Shown piece by piece: positions 1-11,282 of a stretch of 64,000 nucleotides of DNA. Each line of letters starts with the position of its first letter. Within the stretch, counting starts at the first letter, position 1. This DNA is from Escherichia coli (GTDB lineage Bacteria > Pseudomonadota > Gammaproteobacteria > Enterobacterales > Enterobacteriaceae). The position numbers and the translations under genes were made by a program. The stretch lies in the NCBI RefSeq assembly GCF_003334315.1, contig NZ_QOWR01000004.1. One strand, 5' to 3'. The notes below the pieces were generated by a model. The model was not told where the DNA came from. It did no database searches and saw only the letters and a list, made by a program, of their open reading frames with translations.

Positions 1-755
1 TTGTAATCCTGGCACCGATGCTTTCGCAGTTTGCCTATGACGATACTGACTGGGCGATGATGTCCAGCGCCCCGGATATGGAGTCCGGTCACTACTTTGG
101 TACTGACTCATCCGGTCGCGACCTGCTTGTGCGCGTTGCGATTGGCGGGCGTATCTCACTCATGGTCGGTGTTGCTGCGGCACTGGTGGCAGTGGTCGTG
201 GGGACACTTTATGGTTCGCTTTCCGGTTATCTGGGCGGTAAAGTGGATTCGGTAATGATGCGTCTGCTGGAAATCCTCAACTCCTTCCCATTCATGTTCT
301 TCGTCATTTTGCTTGTGACCTTTTTCGGTCAAAACATCCTGCTGATTTTCGTGGCGATTGGCATGGTTTCCTGGCTGGATATGGCTCGTATTGTGCGTGG
401 ACAAACCCTGAGTCTGAAGCGCAAAGAGTTTATTGAGGCGGCACAAGTTGGCGGTGTATCGACATCGGGCATTGTTATTCGCCACATTGTGCCGAATGTA
501 CTCGGTGTGGTGGTGGTCTACGCATCACTTCTGGTGCCCAGCATGATCCTCTTTGAATCTTTCCTTAGCTTCCTGGGGTTGGGTACGCAAGAGCCGTTAA
601 GCAGCTGGGGTGCATTGCTGAGTGATGGCGCGAACTCGATGGAAGTCTCTCCATGGTTATTGTTGTTCCCAGCGGGATTCCTCGTGGTGACGCTGTTTTG
701 TTTCAACTTTATCGGCGATGGCTTGCGTGATGCCCTCGACCCGAAAGATCGTTAA
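1..755 (+). CDS. oppC: Oligopeptide ABC transporter permease OppC, C-terminal part (5' end lies upstream of the window)
   Basis: Open frame from window edge to TAA at 753-755; hydrophobic multi-TM translation with ABC permease loop (SWLDMARIVRGQTLSLKRKEFIEAA); oppD follows 11 nt downstream; sequence recognised as E. coli OppC. Confidence 0.9.
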   Translation, partial: VILAPMLSQFAYDDTDWAMMSSAPDMESGHYFGTDSSGRDLLVRVAIGGRISLMVGVAAALVAVVVGTLYGSLSGYLGGKVDSVMMRLLEILNSFPFMFFVILLVTFFGQNILLIFVAIGMVSWLDMARIVRGQTLSLKRKEFIEAAQVGGVSTSGIVIRHIVPNVLGVVVVYASLLVPSMILFESFLSFLGLGTQEPLSSWGALLSDGANSMEVSPWLLLFPAGFLVVTLFCFNFIGDGLRDALDPKDR

Positions 756-766
756 GGAGTGCAGCC

Positions 767-1780
767 ATGAGCGTAATTGAAACTGCAACTGTGCCGCTCG
801 CACAACAACAGGCTGACGCACTGCTGAACGTGAAAGATTTGCGTGTCACCTTTAGTACCCCGGACGGCGACGTCACGGCGGTCAATGATTTGAATTTTTC
901 CCTACGTGCCGGAGAAACGCTGGGTATTGTAGGTGAGTCTGGTTCGGGTAAATCGCAAACTGCATTTGCGTTGATGGGCCTGTTGGCTGCCAACGGACGT
1001 ATTGGCGGATCGGCAACCTTCAATGGGCGTGAAATCCTCAATTTGCCAGAGCATGAACTCAATAAACTGCGCGCTGAACAAATCTCAATGATTTTTCAGG
1101 ACCCAATGACTTCGTTGAATCCCTATATGCGCGTCGGTGAGCAGTTGATGGAAGTGCTGATGCTGCATAAGAACATGAGCAAAGCTGAGGCGTTTGAAGA
1201 GTCGGTGCGGATGCTCGATGCGGTAAAAATGCCGGAAGCGCGTAAACGCATGAAAATGTACCCGCACGAATTTTCTGGCGGCATGCGTCAGCGAGTCATG
1301 ATTGCGATGGCCTTGTTATGTCGACCTAAGCTGCTGATTGCGGATGAACCAACAACTGCGCTGGACGTCACCGTACAGGCGCAGATCATGACGCTATTAA
1401 ATGAACTGAAGCGGGAATTTAATACCGCCATCATTATGATCACCCACGATCTTGGCGTGGTGGCGGGGATCTGCGACAAAGTGCTGGTAATGTACGCCGG
1501 GCGCACGATGGAATATGGCAACGCGCGCGATGTCTTTTATCAACCCGTTCATCCTTATTCTATCGGTTTGCTCAACGCGGTGCCGCGTCTCGATGCGGAA
1601 GGTGAAACAATGTTGACCATCCCGGGTAATCCGCCAAACCTGCTGCGATTACCGAAAGGTTGCCCGTTCCAGCCACGTTGTCCGCATGCGATGGAAATTT
1701 GTAGTAGCGCACCGCCGCTGGAAGAGTTTACGCCTGGCCGTCTGCGTGCTTGCTTTAAACCGGTGGAGGAACTGTTATGA
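767..1780 (+). CDS. oppD: Oligopeptide ABC transporter ATP-binding protein OppD
   Basis: 337-aa ORF; Walker [12 protein letters not shown] signature FSGGMRQR, Walker [13 protein letters not shown]; Cys-rich C-terminal tail; length and sequence match recalled OppD. Confidence 0.95.
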   Translation: MSVIETATVPLAQQQADALLNVKDLRVTFSTPDGDVTAVNDLNFSLRAGETLGIVGESGSGKSQTAFALMGLLAANGRIGGSATFNGREILNLPEHELNKLRAEQISMIFQDPMTSLNPYMRVGEQLMEVLMLHKNMSKAEAFEESVRMLDAVKMPEARKRMKMYPHEFSGGMRQRVMIAMALLCRPKLLIADEPTTALDVTVQAQIMTLLNELKREFNTAIIMITHDLGVVAGICDKVLVMYAGRTMEYGNARDVFYQPVHPYSIGLLNAVPRLDAEGETMLTIPGNPPNLLRLPKGCPFQPRCPHAMEICSSAPPLEEFTPGRLRACFKPVEELL

Positions 1781-2781
1781 ATGCTGTAACTGAAGGAAGA
1801 AAAGTCCTCCTTGAAATCGCCGATCTTAAAGTGCACTTTGAAATCAAAGATGGCAAACAGTGGTTCTGGCAACCGCCGAAAACGCTCAAAGCCGTCGATG
1901 GTGTCACTCTTCGCCTGTATGAAGGGGAAACATTAGGTGTGGTAGGGGAATCGGGATGCGGTAAGTCCACCTTTGCTCGCGCCATCATCGGTTTGGTCAA
2001 GGCGACCGACGGTCATGTTGCCTGGTTAGGTAAAGAGTTGCTGGGCATGAAACCCGATGAATGGCGTGCCGTTCGCAGTGATATTCAGATGATTTTCCAG
2101 GATCCGTTGGCATCGCTAAACCCGCGTATGACCATCGGCGAGATCATCGCTGAACCACTACGTACTTATCATCCGAAAATGTCACGCCAGGAAGTTCGCG
2201 AGCGCGTGAAGGCGATGATGCTGAAAGTCGGGTTATTGCCTAACCTGATTAACCGCTATCCGCATGAGTTCTCTGGTGGGCAGTGCCAGCGTATCGGGAT
2301 TGCGCGTGCTCTTATTCTTGAACCGAAGCTGATTATCTGTGATGAGCCGGTGTCGGCGCTGGACGTGTCAATTCAGGCACAGGTGGTCAACCTGCTCCAG
2401 CAATTGCAACGTGAGATGGGATTGTCATTAATTTTTATCGCTCATGACCTGGCCGTGGTAAAACACATTTCCGATCGTGTGTTGGTGATGTATCTCGGCC
2501 ATGCGGTAGAACTGGGGACCTATGATGAGGTCTACCACAATCCACTACATCCTTACACCAGGGCATTGATGTCGGCAGTCCCCATACCTGATCCGGATCT
2601 GGAGAAGAACAAAACCATCCAGTTACTGGAAGGGGAATTACCGTCGCCGATCAACCCGCCTTCCGGTTGTGTTTTCCGTACCCGTTGCCCGATTGCCGGT
2701 CCAGAGTGCGCCAAAACACGTCCTGTTCTGGAGGGGAGTTTCAGACACGCCGTTTCTTGCCTGAAAGTCGATCCGCTTTAA
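1777..2781 (+). CDS. oppF: Oligopeptide ABC transporter ATP-binding protein OppF
   Basis: 334-aa ORF; Walker A GESGCGKS, signature FSGGQCQRIGIARAL; start overlaps oppD stop (ATGA); Cys-rich C-terminal tail. Confidence 0.95.
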   Translation: MNAVTEGRKVLLEIADLKVHFEIKDGKQWFWQPPKTLKAVDGVTLRLYEGETLGVVGESGCGKSTFARAIIGLVKATDGHVAWLGKELLGMKPDEWRAVRSDIQMIFQDPLASLNPRMTIGEIIAEPLRTYHPKMSRQEVRERVKAMMLKVGLLPNLINRYPHEFSGGQCQRIGIARALILEPKLIICDEPVSALDVSIQAQVVNLLQQLQREMGLSLIFIAHDLAVVKHISDRVLVMYLGHAVELGTYDEVYHNPLHPYTRALMSAVPIPDPDLEKNKTIQLLEGELPSPINPPSGCVFRTRCPIAGPECAKTRPVLEGSFRHAVSCLKVDPL

Positions 2782-2787
2782 AAACAA

Positions 2788-2816
2788 TAAGGGCTGACAG
2801 TTGTCAGCCCTTTTTC
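2788..2816. terminator. Intrinsic terminator between convergent oppF and yciU
   Basis: Perfect 8-bp stem gggctgac/gtcagccc (2791-2798 / 2803-2810) with 4-nt loop, followed by ttttt on plus strand and preceded by an A-run (T-run for the minus strand). Confidence 0.8.
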
Positions 2817-2833
2817 ACGCTAAAAGCGATTAT

Positions 2834-4658
<1,825 letters not shown>

Positions 4659-4800
4659 AGATTAGAAATCCTTTTGAAAGCGCATTGTTATGAGTTTACG
4701 CATATGGATTCATCTGGCAAATAAAAACGCGGGAAAAGCACTGGTCAGCGTCGGGGGTGGGGGTATAATGACCATTCTGTTATTGCATAGAGTAGTTAAC

Positions 4801-4974
4801 ATGAAGCGGAGTAGAACGGAAGTGGGGCGCTGGCGCATGCAGCGTCAGGCTAGCCGACGTAAATCGCGTTGGCTTGAGGGGCAATCGCGCCGAAATATGC
4901 GTATCCACAGCATCAGGAAGTGCATTCTAAACAAACAGCGTAACTCGTTATTGTTTGCGATCTACAATATCTAA
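4801..4974 (+). CDS. yciY: Small highly basic protein YciY (57 aa)
   Basis: ATG at 4801 inside supplied ORF 4690..4974; product MKRSRTEVGRWRMQRQASRRKSRW... is Arg/Lys-rich; TATAAT-like box at 4764-4769 upstream; matches recalled YciY. Confidence 0.65.
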   Translation: MKRSRTEVGRWRMQRQASRRKSRWLEGQSRRNMRIHSIRKCILNKQRNSLLFAIYNI

Positions 4975-5028
4975 ATGTACTGGGCACCATTGCGGTGCCC
5001 AATAAGTTTACTCTTCCGTCTTTAAACT

Positions 5029-6282
5029 CTATTTTTGCGCCGATTCTTTACTGTCAGCTTTCGTTTCTAGTTCATCGTTATCGCTGAAAATACCATGACC
5101 TGAGTTCAACAACATTGAAACGAGCATATCATTATTAATCTCTTCACCATTTAAAACTCGCGCCAGAATTTCGCTGCCAAACAGTTGCGGTGAGAGAATG
5201 ATATCCGGATGTACCATCTTAATCTTATTCAGGTTTTTGCTATCACTGACGGCGAGAACTGTTTTGACATCACTGCTCATATCTTTTGCCGAGAGTACAA
5301 CAAACGCGTTATCTGCATCGTTATCACTCAGCGCCAGAATGGCCCGGCAACGATCGATTCCCGCTTTCTTTAATACAGAACTGTCATTACTGTCACCGGG
5401 GATAACATCAGCATTATCGCCTAAGCGTTGCTCAAGTTGCTTGATATCATCTTCAGGCAAGTTGCTGATAACCGTTACGTTTTGTCCGCGTTGATTCAGT
5501 TGCAGGATCGTATTGATGGCGAGAATCGAATGTCCGCAAACAATAAAATGATCTTTACGATGCATTGTATGATTGTTTCCTTTTACAAGTTTGTTGAATC
5601 CCCCGCGGATAAGCGGACCAAAAATTGAGGTCATAGATGTGGCAAAAACGGTAATGCCGGAAATAATGACCGAAATAGTGAACAATCGTGCTGATTCAGA
5701 AACAGGGACAATATCGCCATAGCCGACGGTTGACATGGTTTCTATCGAAAAATAGAACGCGGTCATCAAACTTTCTATTCGCGGATTAAAACCTTCGCTT
5801 AAATAAAGCGCACCGTAGGTTGAGTAAAACAGTAATGTCGTGAAACTAATAAATGCAAAAATTGTCCCGGCTGCGGCGCTACTGTGGGAGAAGTCTTTGC
5901 GCAGTATCAGCAAAAACACCAGCGTAAAAATGCAAAATCCAATACTAAATTTCAGCCAGGGATAAAAATGCAGGGTGTAAATTAGCGCTATCAACAACAA
6001 AATGATACTGATTGCCCATGCGAGCTTTGCCCGGAACAGTAAGCCAATGGAGTTCAGGACAAGAAAGACGCCGAGCATAAAGAGTGGGGCGTTTGCCAGC
6101 AAGGAGAGATCCAACTCTGAAAATGCTTTGATATGGAAAATATCAAGCAAATTGACCGACATACCATAGATTGTTTTAAAAATAAGCAATCCATTTAAAA
6201 AGACGGCCAGCGCGAGAATGTCGTGCCGAAGGGTCACCCATAAATTTGTTGCTGTTTGTTTGAATGTAGCCCAGTGACTCAC
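5029..6282 (-). CDS. kch: Voltage-gated-like potassium channel Kch (TM pore domain + RCK/TrkA-N domain)
   Basis: GTG start at 6282 gives 417 aa MSHWATFKQ...; K+ selectivity filter TVGYGD visible (ETMSTVGYGDIVP); C-terminal Rossmann-like RCK domain (FIVCGHSILA); longest ORF would start at 6300. Confidence 0.9.
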   Translation of the reverse strand: MSHWATFKQTATNLWVTLRHDILALAVFLNGLLIFKTIYGMSVNLLDIFHIKAFSELDLSLLANAPLFMLGVFLVLNSIGLLFRAKLAWAISIILLLIALIYTLHFYPWLKFSIGFCIFTLVFLLILRKDFSHSSAAAGTIFAFISFTTLLFYSTYGALYLSEGFNPRIESLMTAFYFSIETMSTVGYGDIVPVSESARLFTISVIISGITVFATSMTSIFGPLIRGGFNKLVKGNNHTMHRKDHFIVCGHSILAINTILQLNQRGQNVTVISNLPEDDIKQLEQRLGDNADVIPGDSNDSSVLKKAGIDRCRAILALSDNDADNAFVVLSAKDMSSDVKTVLAVSDSKNLNKIKMVHPDIILSPQLFGSEILARVLNGEEINNDMLVSMLLNSGHGIFSDNDELETKADSKESAQK

Positions 6283-6581
6283 TGATACCTCTGTAACCAC
6301 AATTTTGTTTAATTATCTTAGCGTGCACATTTTCTGAACATACATGCAGCGCGTGAATGTGTTAAACAATAGTAGATGACTTTATCCGCAGTAATCAAAG
6401 GATTTGAGCGAGCAACTGTACCTCAGGAAAGGTCATTTTTCCTGAATATGCTCACATCATATAAAGAAATACAGATAAAGTTATTATCTGCTTGTGGTGG
6501 TGAATGCACTGACCGGCTATAAGGAAAGGCCAAACAAGAACACGGTTGCAAAAACCGTGCCCTTAAATATTGAATCTCTAT

Positions 6582-6878
6582 TCAGAACACTTTCTTAAAT
6601 GGTTTCACTGAAACGTGTTCATAGACTCCTGCCGCTACGTACGGGTCAGCATCGGCCCAGGCCTGAGCTGCTTCCAGCGATTCAAATTCAGCAATAACGG
6701 TTGAGCCAGTAAATCCCGCAGCCCCTGGATCGTTACTGTCTACCGCTGGCATTGGACCAGCTGTCAACAAACGACCTTCATCATGCAGTAACTGTAAACG
6801 TGCTAAATGTGCCGGACGAACGGAAAGGCGTTTTTCGAGGCTATCAGCTTTGTCTTGAGCGTAAATAACATACAACAC
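6582..6878 (-). CDS. yciI: YciI-like protein (Dabb/stress-responsive fold)
   Basis: GTG start at 6878 gives the 98-aa product [25 protein letters not shown]... matching recalled YciI; supplied ORF is a 5' extension. Confidence 0.85.
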
Positions 6879-7034
6879 GGGCACAACTCCTTGTTCGGGA
6901 AAGTTGTAAAGTACGTTATTTGAAAGGGCGAAGATCTGCAACGGAAAGATGATGTCTTTGTTAAGGCCATGCATAAAGTAAGGGTAATTACGCCAAAAAT
7001 GACATTTTCACTGATCCTGATCGTCTTGCCTTAT

Positions 7035-7053
7035 TGAATATGATTGCTATTTG
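7035..7053 (+). promoter_or_regulatory. Putative Fur box in tonB promoter
   Basis: gaatatgattgctatttgc, partial match (about 13/19) to Fur consensus GATAATGATAATCATTATC about 50-65 bp upstream of the tonB ATG; tonB is known to be iron/Fur regulated. Confidence 0.35.
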
Positions 7054-7101
7054 CATTTAAAATCGAGACCTGGTTTTTCTACTGAAATGATTATGACTTC
7101 A

Positions 7102-7821
7102 ATGACCCTTGATTTACCTCGCCGCTTCCCCTGGCCGACGTTACTTTCGGTCTGCATTCATGGTGCTGTTGTGGCGGGTCTGCTCTATACCTCGGTACAT
7201 CAGGTTATTGAACTACCTGCGCCTGCGCAGCCGATTTCTGTCACGATGGTTACGCCTGCTGATCTCGAACCGCCACAAGCCGTTCAGCCGCCACCGGAGC
7301 CGGTGGTAGAGCCAGAACCGGAACCTGAGCCGATCCCCGAACCGCCAAAAGAAGCACCGGTGGTCATTGAAAAGCCGAAGCCGAAACCTAAGCCAAAACC
7401 GAAGCCGGTGAAAAAGGTACAGGAGCAGCCAAAACGCGATGTCAAACCCGTAGAGTCGCGTCCGGCATCACCGTTTGAAAATACGGCACCGGCACGCCCG
7501 ACATCAAGTACAGCAACGGCTGCAACCAGCAAGCCGGTTACCAGTGTGGCTTCAGGACCACGCGCATTAAGCCGTAATCAGCCGCAGTATCCGGCACGAG
7601 CACAGGCATTGCGCATTGAAGGGCAGGTTAAAGTTAAATTTGACGTCACGCCGGATGGTCGCGTGGATAACGTACAAATCCTCTCAGCCAAGCCTGCGAA
7701 CATGTTTGAGCGTGAGGTGAAAAATGCGATGCGCAGATGGCGTTATGAGCCGGGTAAGCCAGGCAGTGGGATTGTGGTGAATATCCTGTTTAAAATTAAC
7801 GGCACCACCGAAATTCAGTAA
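7102..7821 (+). CDS. tonB: TonB energy transducer
   Basis: ATG at 7102 gives 239 aa MTLDLPRRFPWPTLL...; N-terminal TM anchor, (EP)n and (KP)n proline-rich spacer, C-terminal TonB domain; matches recalled TonB. Confidence 0.95.
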   Translation: MTLDLPRRFPWPTLLSVCIHGAVVAGLLYTSVHQVIELPAPAQPISVTMVTPADLEPPQAVQPPPEPVVEPEPEPEPIPEPPKEAPVVIEKPKPKPKPKPKPVKKVQEQPKRDVKPVESRPASPFENTAPARPTSSTATAATSKPVTSVASGPRALSRNQPQYPARAQALRIEGQVKVKFDVTPDGRVDNVQILSAKPANMFEREVKNAMRRWRYEPGKPGSGIVVNILFKINGTTEIQ

Positions 7822-7827
7822 GCAGAA

Positions 7828-7859
7828 AGTCAAAAGCCTCCGATCGGAGGCTTTTGACT
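7828..7859. terminator. Bidirectional intrinsic terminator between tonB and yciA
   Basis: Inverted repeat agtcaaaagcctccga / tcggaggcttttgact forms a long hairpin flanked by A/T runs on both sides; lies between convergent genes. Confidence 0.85.
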
Positions 7860-7860
7860 A

Positions 7861-8259
7861 TTACTCAACAGGTAAGGCGCGAGGTTTTCCTTCAGGATCA
7901 ACCGCGACATACTTAAATAATGCTTCTGTCGCTTTATACCGTTGCCCGATTGGTTCAGACGCTACTTTTTTCACCCACACTTCAATATTAATGCTGACCG
8001 ATGTCGTCCCTTTCTGGACACAGCGTGCATAGCAGCACACCACATCGCCGACCGCAACCGGCCGTAAGAAAGTCATTCCTTCAACCCGCACAGTCACTAC
8101 GCGACCGTGGGCAATTTCTTTTGCCAGAATAGCGCCGCCAATATCCATTTGTGACATTAACCAACCACCAAAGATGTCACCATTGGCATTGGTATCGGCG
8201 GGCATGGCTAAAGTACGTAAAACAAGATCGCCCTGAGGGACGTTATGTGTTGTAGACAT
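7861..8259 (-). CDS. yciA: Acyl-CoA thioesterase YciA (hotdog fold)
   Basis: 132-aa ORF MSTTHNVPQGDLVLRTLAMPADTNANGDIFGGWLMSQMD...; matches recalled YciA. Confidence 0.9.
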   Translation of the reverse strand: MSTTHNVPQGDLVLRTLAMPADTNANGDIFGGWLMSQMDIGGAILAKEIAHGRVVTVRVEGMTFLRPVAVGDVVCCYARCVQKGTTSVSINIEVWVKKVASEPIGQRYKATEALFKYVAVDPEGKPRALPVE

Positions 8260-8363
8260 GGTAAAACCGACTTAAAAGGAAAATCACAGGCGCGATGCTA
8301 CTATGATTTTCCTGAGGAGAACAGAGGAGATACAGCGCCAGCCCCGAAGGACTGGCAGTCTGG

Positions 8364-8903
8364 TTAGGATTTATCTTCCTGCGGCATGTGGCGGTAGATA
8401 TAGATACCGCTTAACAATGTGAAGATTAAGGTAAGGGCGGTCAGGCCAAAGACTTTAAAGTTGACCCAAATATTTTGCGGCAGCCAGAATGCGATGTAGA
8501 TGTTTGCCAGACCGCAAAGGATAAAGAAAACAGCCCAGGCCAGATTCAGCTTCGACCATACCGGTTGCGGCAGCGTGAGTTCTTTACCCAGCATCCGCTG
8601 AATTAGCGGCTTTTTCATCACCCATTGGCTGACTAACAGGGCTCCCGCAAATAGAGCATAAATGACTGTAACCTTCCATTTAATAAACTCATCATTGTGG
8701 AAGAACAGCGTCAAGCCACCGAAGACGACCACCAGAACAAAAGTGATCAGGGCCATCTTCTCAACCTTACGAAAGCGAACCCAGCTATAGATAAGCACAA
8801 TCGCCGTGGCGACGATCAGCGCCGCAGTAGCTGCATAGATGTCATAAATCTTGTAAAACGCGAAAAAGACAACCAGCGGTAAAAAATCAAGAAACTGCTT
8901 CAT
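8364..8903 (-). CDS. yciB: Inner-membrane protein YciB (intracellular septation protein A family)
   Basis: 179-aa ORF, multi-TM hydrophobic profile, [23 protein letters not shown]...; matches recalled YciB. Confidence 0.9.
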   Translation of the reverse strand: MKQFLDFLPLVVFFAFYKIYDIYAATAALIVATAIVLIYSWVRFRKVEKMALITFVLVVVFGGLTLFFHNDEFIKWKVTVIYALFAGALLVSQWVMKKPLIQRMLGKELTLPQPVWSKLNLAWAVFFILCGLANIYIAFWLPQNIWVNFKVFGLTALTLIFTLLSGIYIYRHMPQEDKS

Positions 8904-8932
8904 TTTACGATTCCGTAATCAAATGCTTAAGG

Positions 8933-9676
8933 TTATTGGCGAATCAACATATACAGGCGGAACAGATAGATGAGCAATATGGCTGAAATCAGGTTGCTCA
9001 AGGTGTTCGCCAGTACGGCACCAATTTCCGGGGTTAATGCGGCAAAAGAAGAGGCAAAAAGCAGCAACAGTGTTTTTGCCAGCAACCAGCTCAGTACTGC
9101 GGGTGCCACCAGACGCATATTCGCCCAAGTCAGCCGCATACTGCTACGCATCGAGGCAAAAATGCCCATTTTGTCCTGTACCAGCATCACCGGTGCCAGG
9201 GCCAGCAAAATGGCCATGATAATTCCCGGAACGACCACCAGCATGATGCCAATCTGTACTAAAAGGGTAGTCAGAAAAATCAGAATAAATAACTTGGGCA
9301 ATATCGGCGCACTGGCACCAATAGCTCGCAGCGCACTGACTCTCTGACCCGCAGACACCAGCTGGATAATTAATATTACGCCTCCGGCGAGAATGGCGTT
9401 ACCGATCAATCCTGAAAAAGTGGAAGCCGCTGAAGCTTGCAGCAAAATTTGTTGCTGTTCCGGTGACATATTCTGAACCAGGTCGAACAACCCACTACTG
9501 CCGCTAACGGGTACGCCGTCATTGAGCTGCGCAAGCTGTGCATCACTGGGTGAGAAAACATGCCCTAACACCACTGTGATAAACGCACATAGCAACGATA
9601 CCAACAGAATGGTCATAAATTGATTACGGAAGAAATTTCCGGTGTCACGGTATACGGACTGCGCCGTGATAGACAT
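8933..9676 (-). CDS. yciC: Inner-membrane protein YciC (UPF0259)
   Basis: 247-aa hydrophobic [32 protein letters not shown]...; matches recalled YciC. Confidence 0.9.
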   Translation of the reverse strand: MSITAQSVYRDTGNFFRNQFMTILLVSLLCAFITVVLGHVFSPSDAQLAQLNDGVPVSGSSGLFDLVQNMSPEQQQILLQASAASTFSGLIGNAILAGGVILIIQLVSAGQRVSALRAIGASAPILPKLFILIFLTTLLVQIGIMLVVVPGIIMAILLALAPVMLVQDKMGIFASMRSSMRLTWANMRLVAPAVLSWLLAKTLLLLFASSFAALTPEIGAVLANTLSNLISAILLIYLFRLYMLIRQ

Positions 9677-9870
9677 GCACTCTCCTTGAGTTTTATGCAG
9701 GTGTTAATTAGCGGGCAATTGTACCCTGGTTAAGCCTCGGGTGGCAGCATCAGGTCTTGTATGGAAAAGCATATCTTTGTAAAGCGGAGGTAATTGCTGG
9801 CCTTCAGGCATGGGCAAATCGCGGCAAGTGGCGACCGAGTTAATATTTGCGTAGCGAAAATATTTAAAAA

Positions 9871-9884
9871 TTGATTTAAATCAC
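9871..9884 (+). promoter_or_regulatory. FNR-type binding site upstream of ompW
   Basis: ttgatttaaatcac matches TTGAT-N4-ATCAA with one mismatch, about 150 bp upstream of the ompW ATG; ompW is a known anaerobically induced FNR target. Confidence 0.5.
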
Positions 9885-10032
9885 ATTAACCAGGATTCTC
9901 AATGCAACTTCTAAATTAATCCAGATCAATAAAGGGTGAATTATCATATGTAATGTGATCTATGTAGGATCATTTGTTACTCCAATGTAGGTATATTCGT
10001 CACGTTTTTATAACCATAACGACGGAGCGGAT

Positions 10033-10671
10033 ATGAAAAAGTTAACAGTGGCGGCTTTGGCAGTAACAACTCTTCTCTCTGGCAGTGCCTTTGCGCATGA
10101 AGCAGGCGAATTTTTTATGCGTGCAGGTTCTGCAACCGTACGTCCAACAGAAGGTGCTGGTGGTACGTTAGGAAGTCTGGGTGGATTCAGCGTGACCAAT
10201 AACACGCAACTGGGCCTTACGTTTACTTATATGGCGACCGACAACATTGGTGTGGAATTACTGGCAGCGACGCCGTTCCGCCATAAAATCGGCACCCGGG
10301 CGACCGGCGATATTGCAACCGTTCATCATCTGCCACCAACACTGATGGCGCAGTGGTATTTTGGTGATGCCAGCAGCAAATTCCGTCCTTACGTTGGGGC
10401 AGGTATTAACTACACCACCTTCTTTGATAATGGATTTAACGATCATGGCAAAGAGGCAGGGCTTTCCGATCTCAGTCTGAAAGATTCCTGGGGAGCTGCC
10501 GGGCAGGTGGGGGTTGATTATCTGATTAACCGTGACTGGTTGGTTAACATGTCAGTGTGGTACATGGATATCGATACCACCGCCAATTATAAGCTGGGCG
10601 GTGCACAGCAACACGATAGCGTACGCCTCGATCCGTGGGTGTTTATGTTCTCAGCAGGATATCGTTTTTAA
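10033..10671 (+). CDS. ompW: Outer membrane protein W (8-stranded beta-barrel)
   Basis: 212-aa ORF with signal peptide MKKLTVAALAVTTLLSGSAFA and C-terminal aromatic residue (…AGYRF); matches recalled OmpW. Confidence 0.95.
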   Translation: MKKLTVAALAVTTLLSGSAFAHEAGEFFMRAGSATVRPTEGAGGTLGSLGGFSVTNNTQLGLTFTYMATDNIGVELLAATPFRHKIGTRATGDIATVHHLPPTLMAQWYFGDASSKFRPYVGAGINYTTFFDNGFNDHGKEAGLSDLSLKDSWGAAGQVGVDYLINRDWLVNMSVWYMDIDTTANYKLGGAQQHDSVRLDPWVFMFSAGYRF

Positions 10672-10680
10672 TTCCGCACA

Positions 10681-10707
10681 AAAACGACCCCGTAATATAC
10701 GGGGTCA
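10681..10707 (-). terminator. Intrinsic terminator downstream of yciE (also closes ompW)
   Basis: Hairpin gaccccg-taatata-cggggtc (10686-10706); on the minus strand it is followed by GTTTTTG. Confidence 0.7.
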
Positions 10708-10730
10708 ATAAGGACATGGTATAAAGGGTA

Positions 10731-11237
10731 TTATTTCTTCGCTTCTACGCCATCAGTTTCAGAGCGAATTAAAAATTTCTCAGTTGTTTGCGGAATATTC
10801 TGAATCAGCCAGTCGGCCATTTGCTTTTCCTCATTTAAAATCGCTTCGATGGTTGGAATTGAAGCTGTATCACCGGCATTTTTTGCTGCTGCTAATAGTG
10901 AGGTGTAACAGGCGATTTCAAATTGCTCGAAGACATATCCGCTAATAGAGCCTTTGACTATTTCATCAGAAGGGAATATACCACCGATTGACTGCCCAAG
11001 CGCAGCCATTTTACTCATGGAATCTTTAATGACTGAACGTGAAATGTCATTACGATCAAGAATAGTTTCCAGTTGAACAATCTGGTTTTTGGTTTCACTA
11101 AGATGTTGTTCAATACGAGCGCGTAGTTCAGGATAATTATCTATACGGCTGGCCATGGATTCAAGCATAGATTCGGCTTGCTTTTCCATTGCGTGGGCGT
11201 CACGTAACCAGTCATGATAATGTTCAATACGATTCAT
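10731..11237 (-). CDS. yciE: Ferritin-like stress protein YciE
   Basis: 168-aa ORF MNRIEHYHDWLRDAHAMEKQAESMLESMASRIDNYPEL...; paralogue of YciF; matches recalled YciE. Confidence 0.9.
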   Translation of the reverse strand: MNRIEHYHDWLRDAHAMEKQAESMLESMASRIDNYPELRARIEQHLSETKNQIVQLETILDRNDISRSVIKDSMSKMAALGQSIGGIFPSDEIVKGSISGYVFEQFEIACYTSLLAAAKNAGDTASIPTIEAILNEEKQMADWLIQNIPQTTEKFLIRSETDGVEAKK

Positions 11238-11282
11238 GAAAATGTCCTCTTTATAAAATGACTAAAAGTTAAAATTCATATT

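Noticed and set aside
7290-7420. Possible CRISPR-like or tandem repeat array
   Set aside because: The repeats are in frame inside tonB and encode the (EP)n/(KP)n spacer; there are no spacer-repeat periodicity and no cas genes anywhere in the window.
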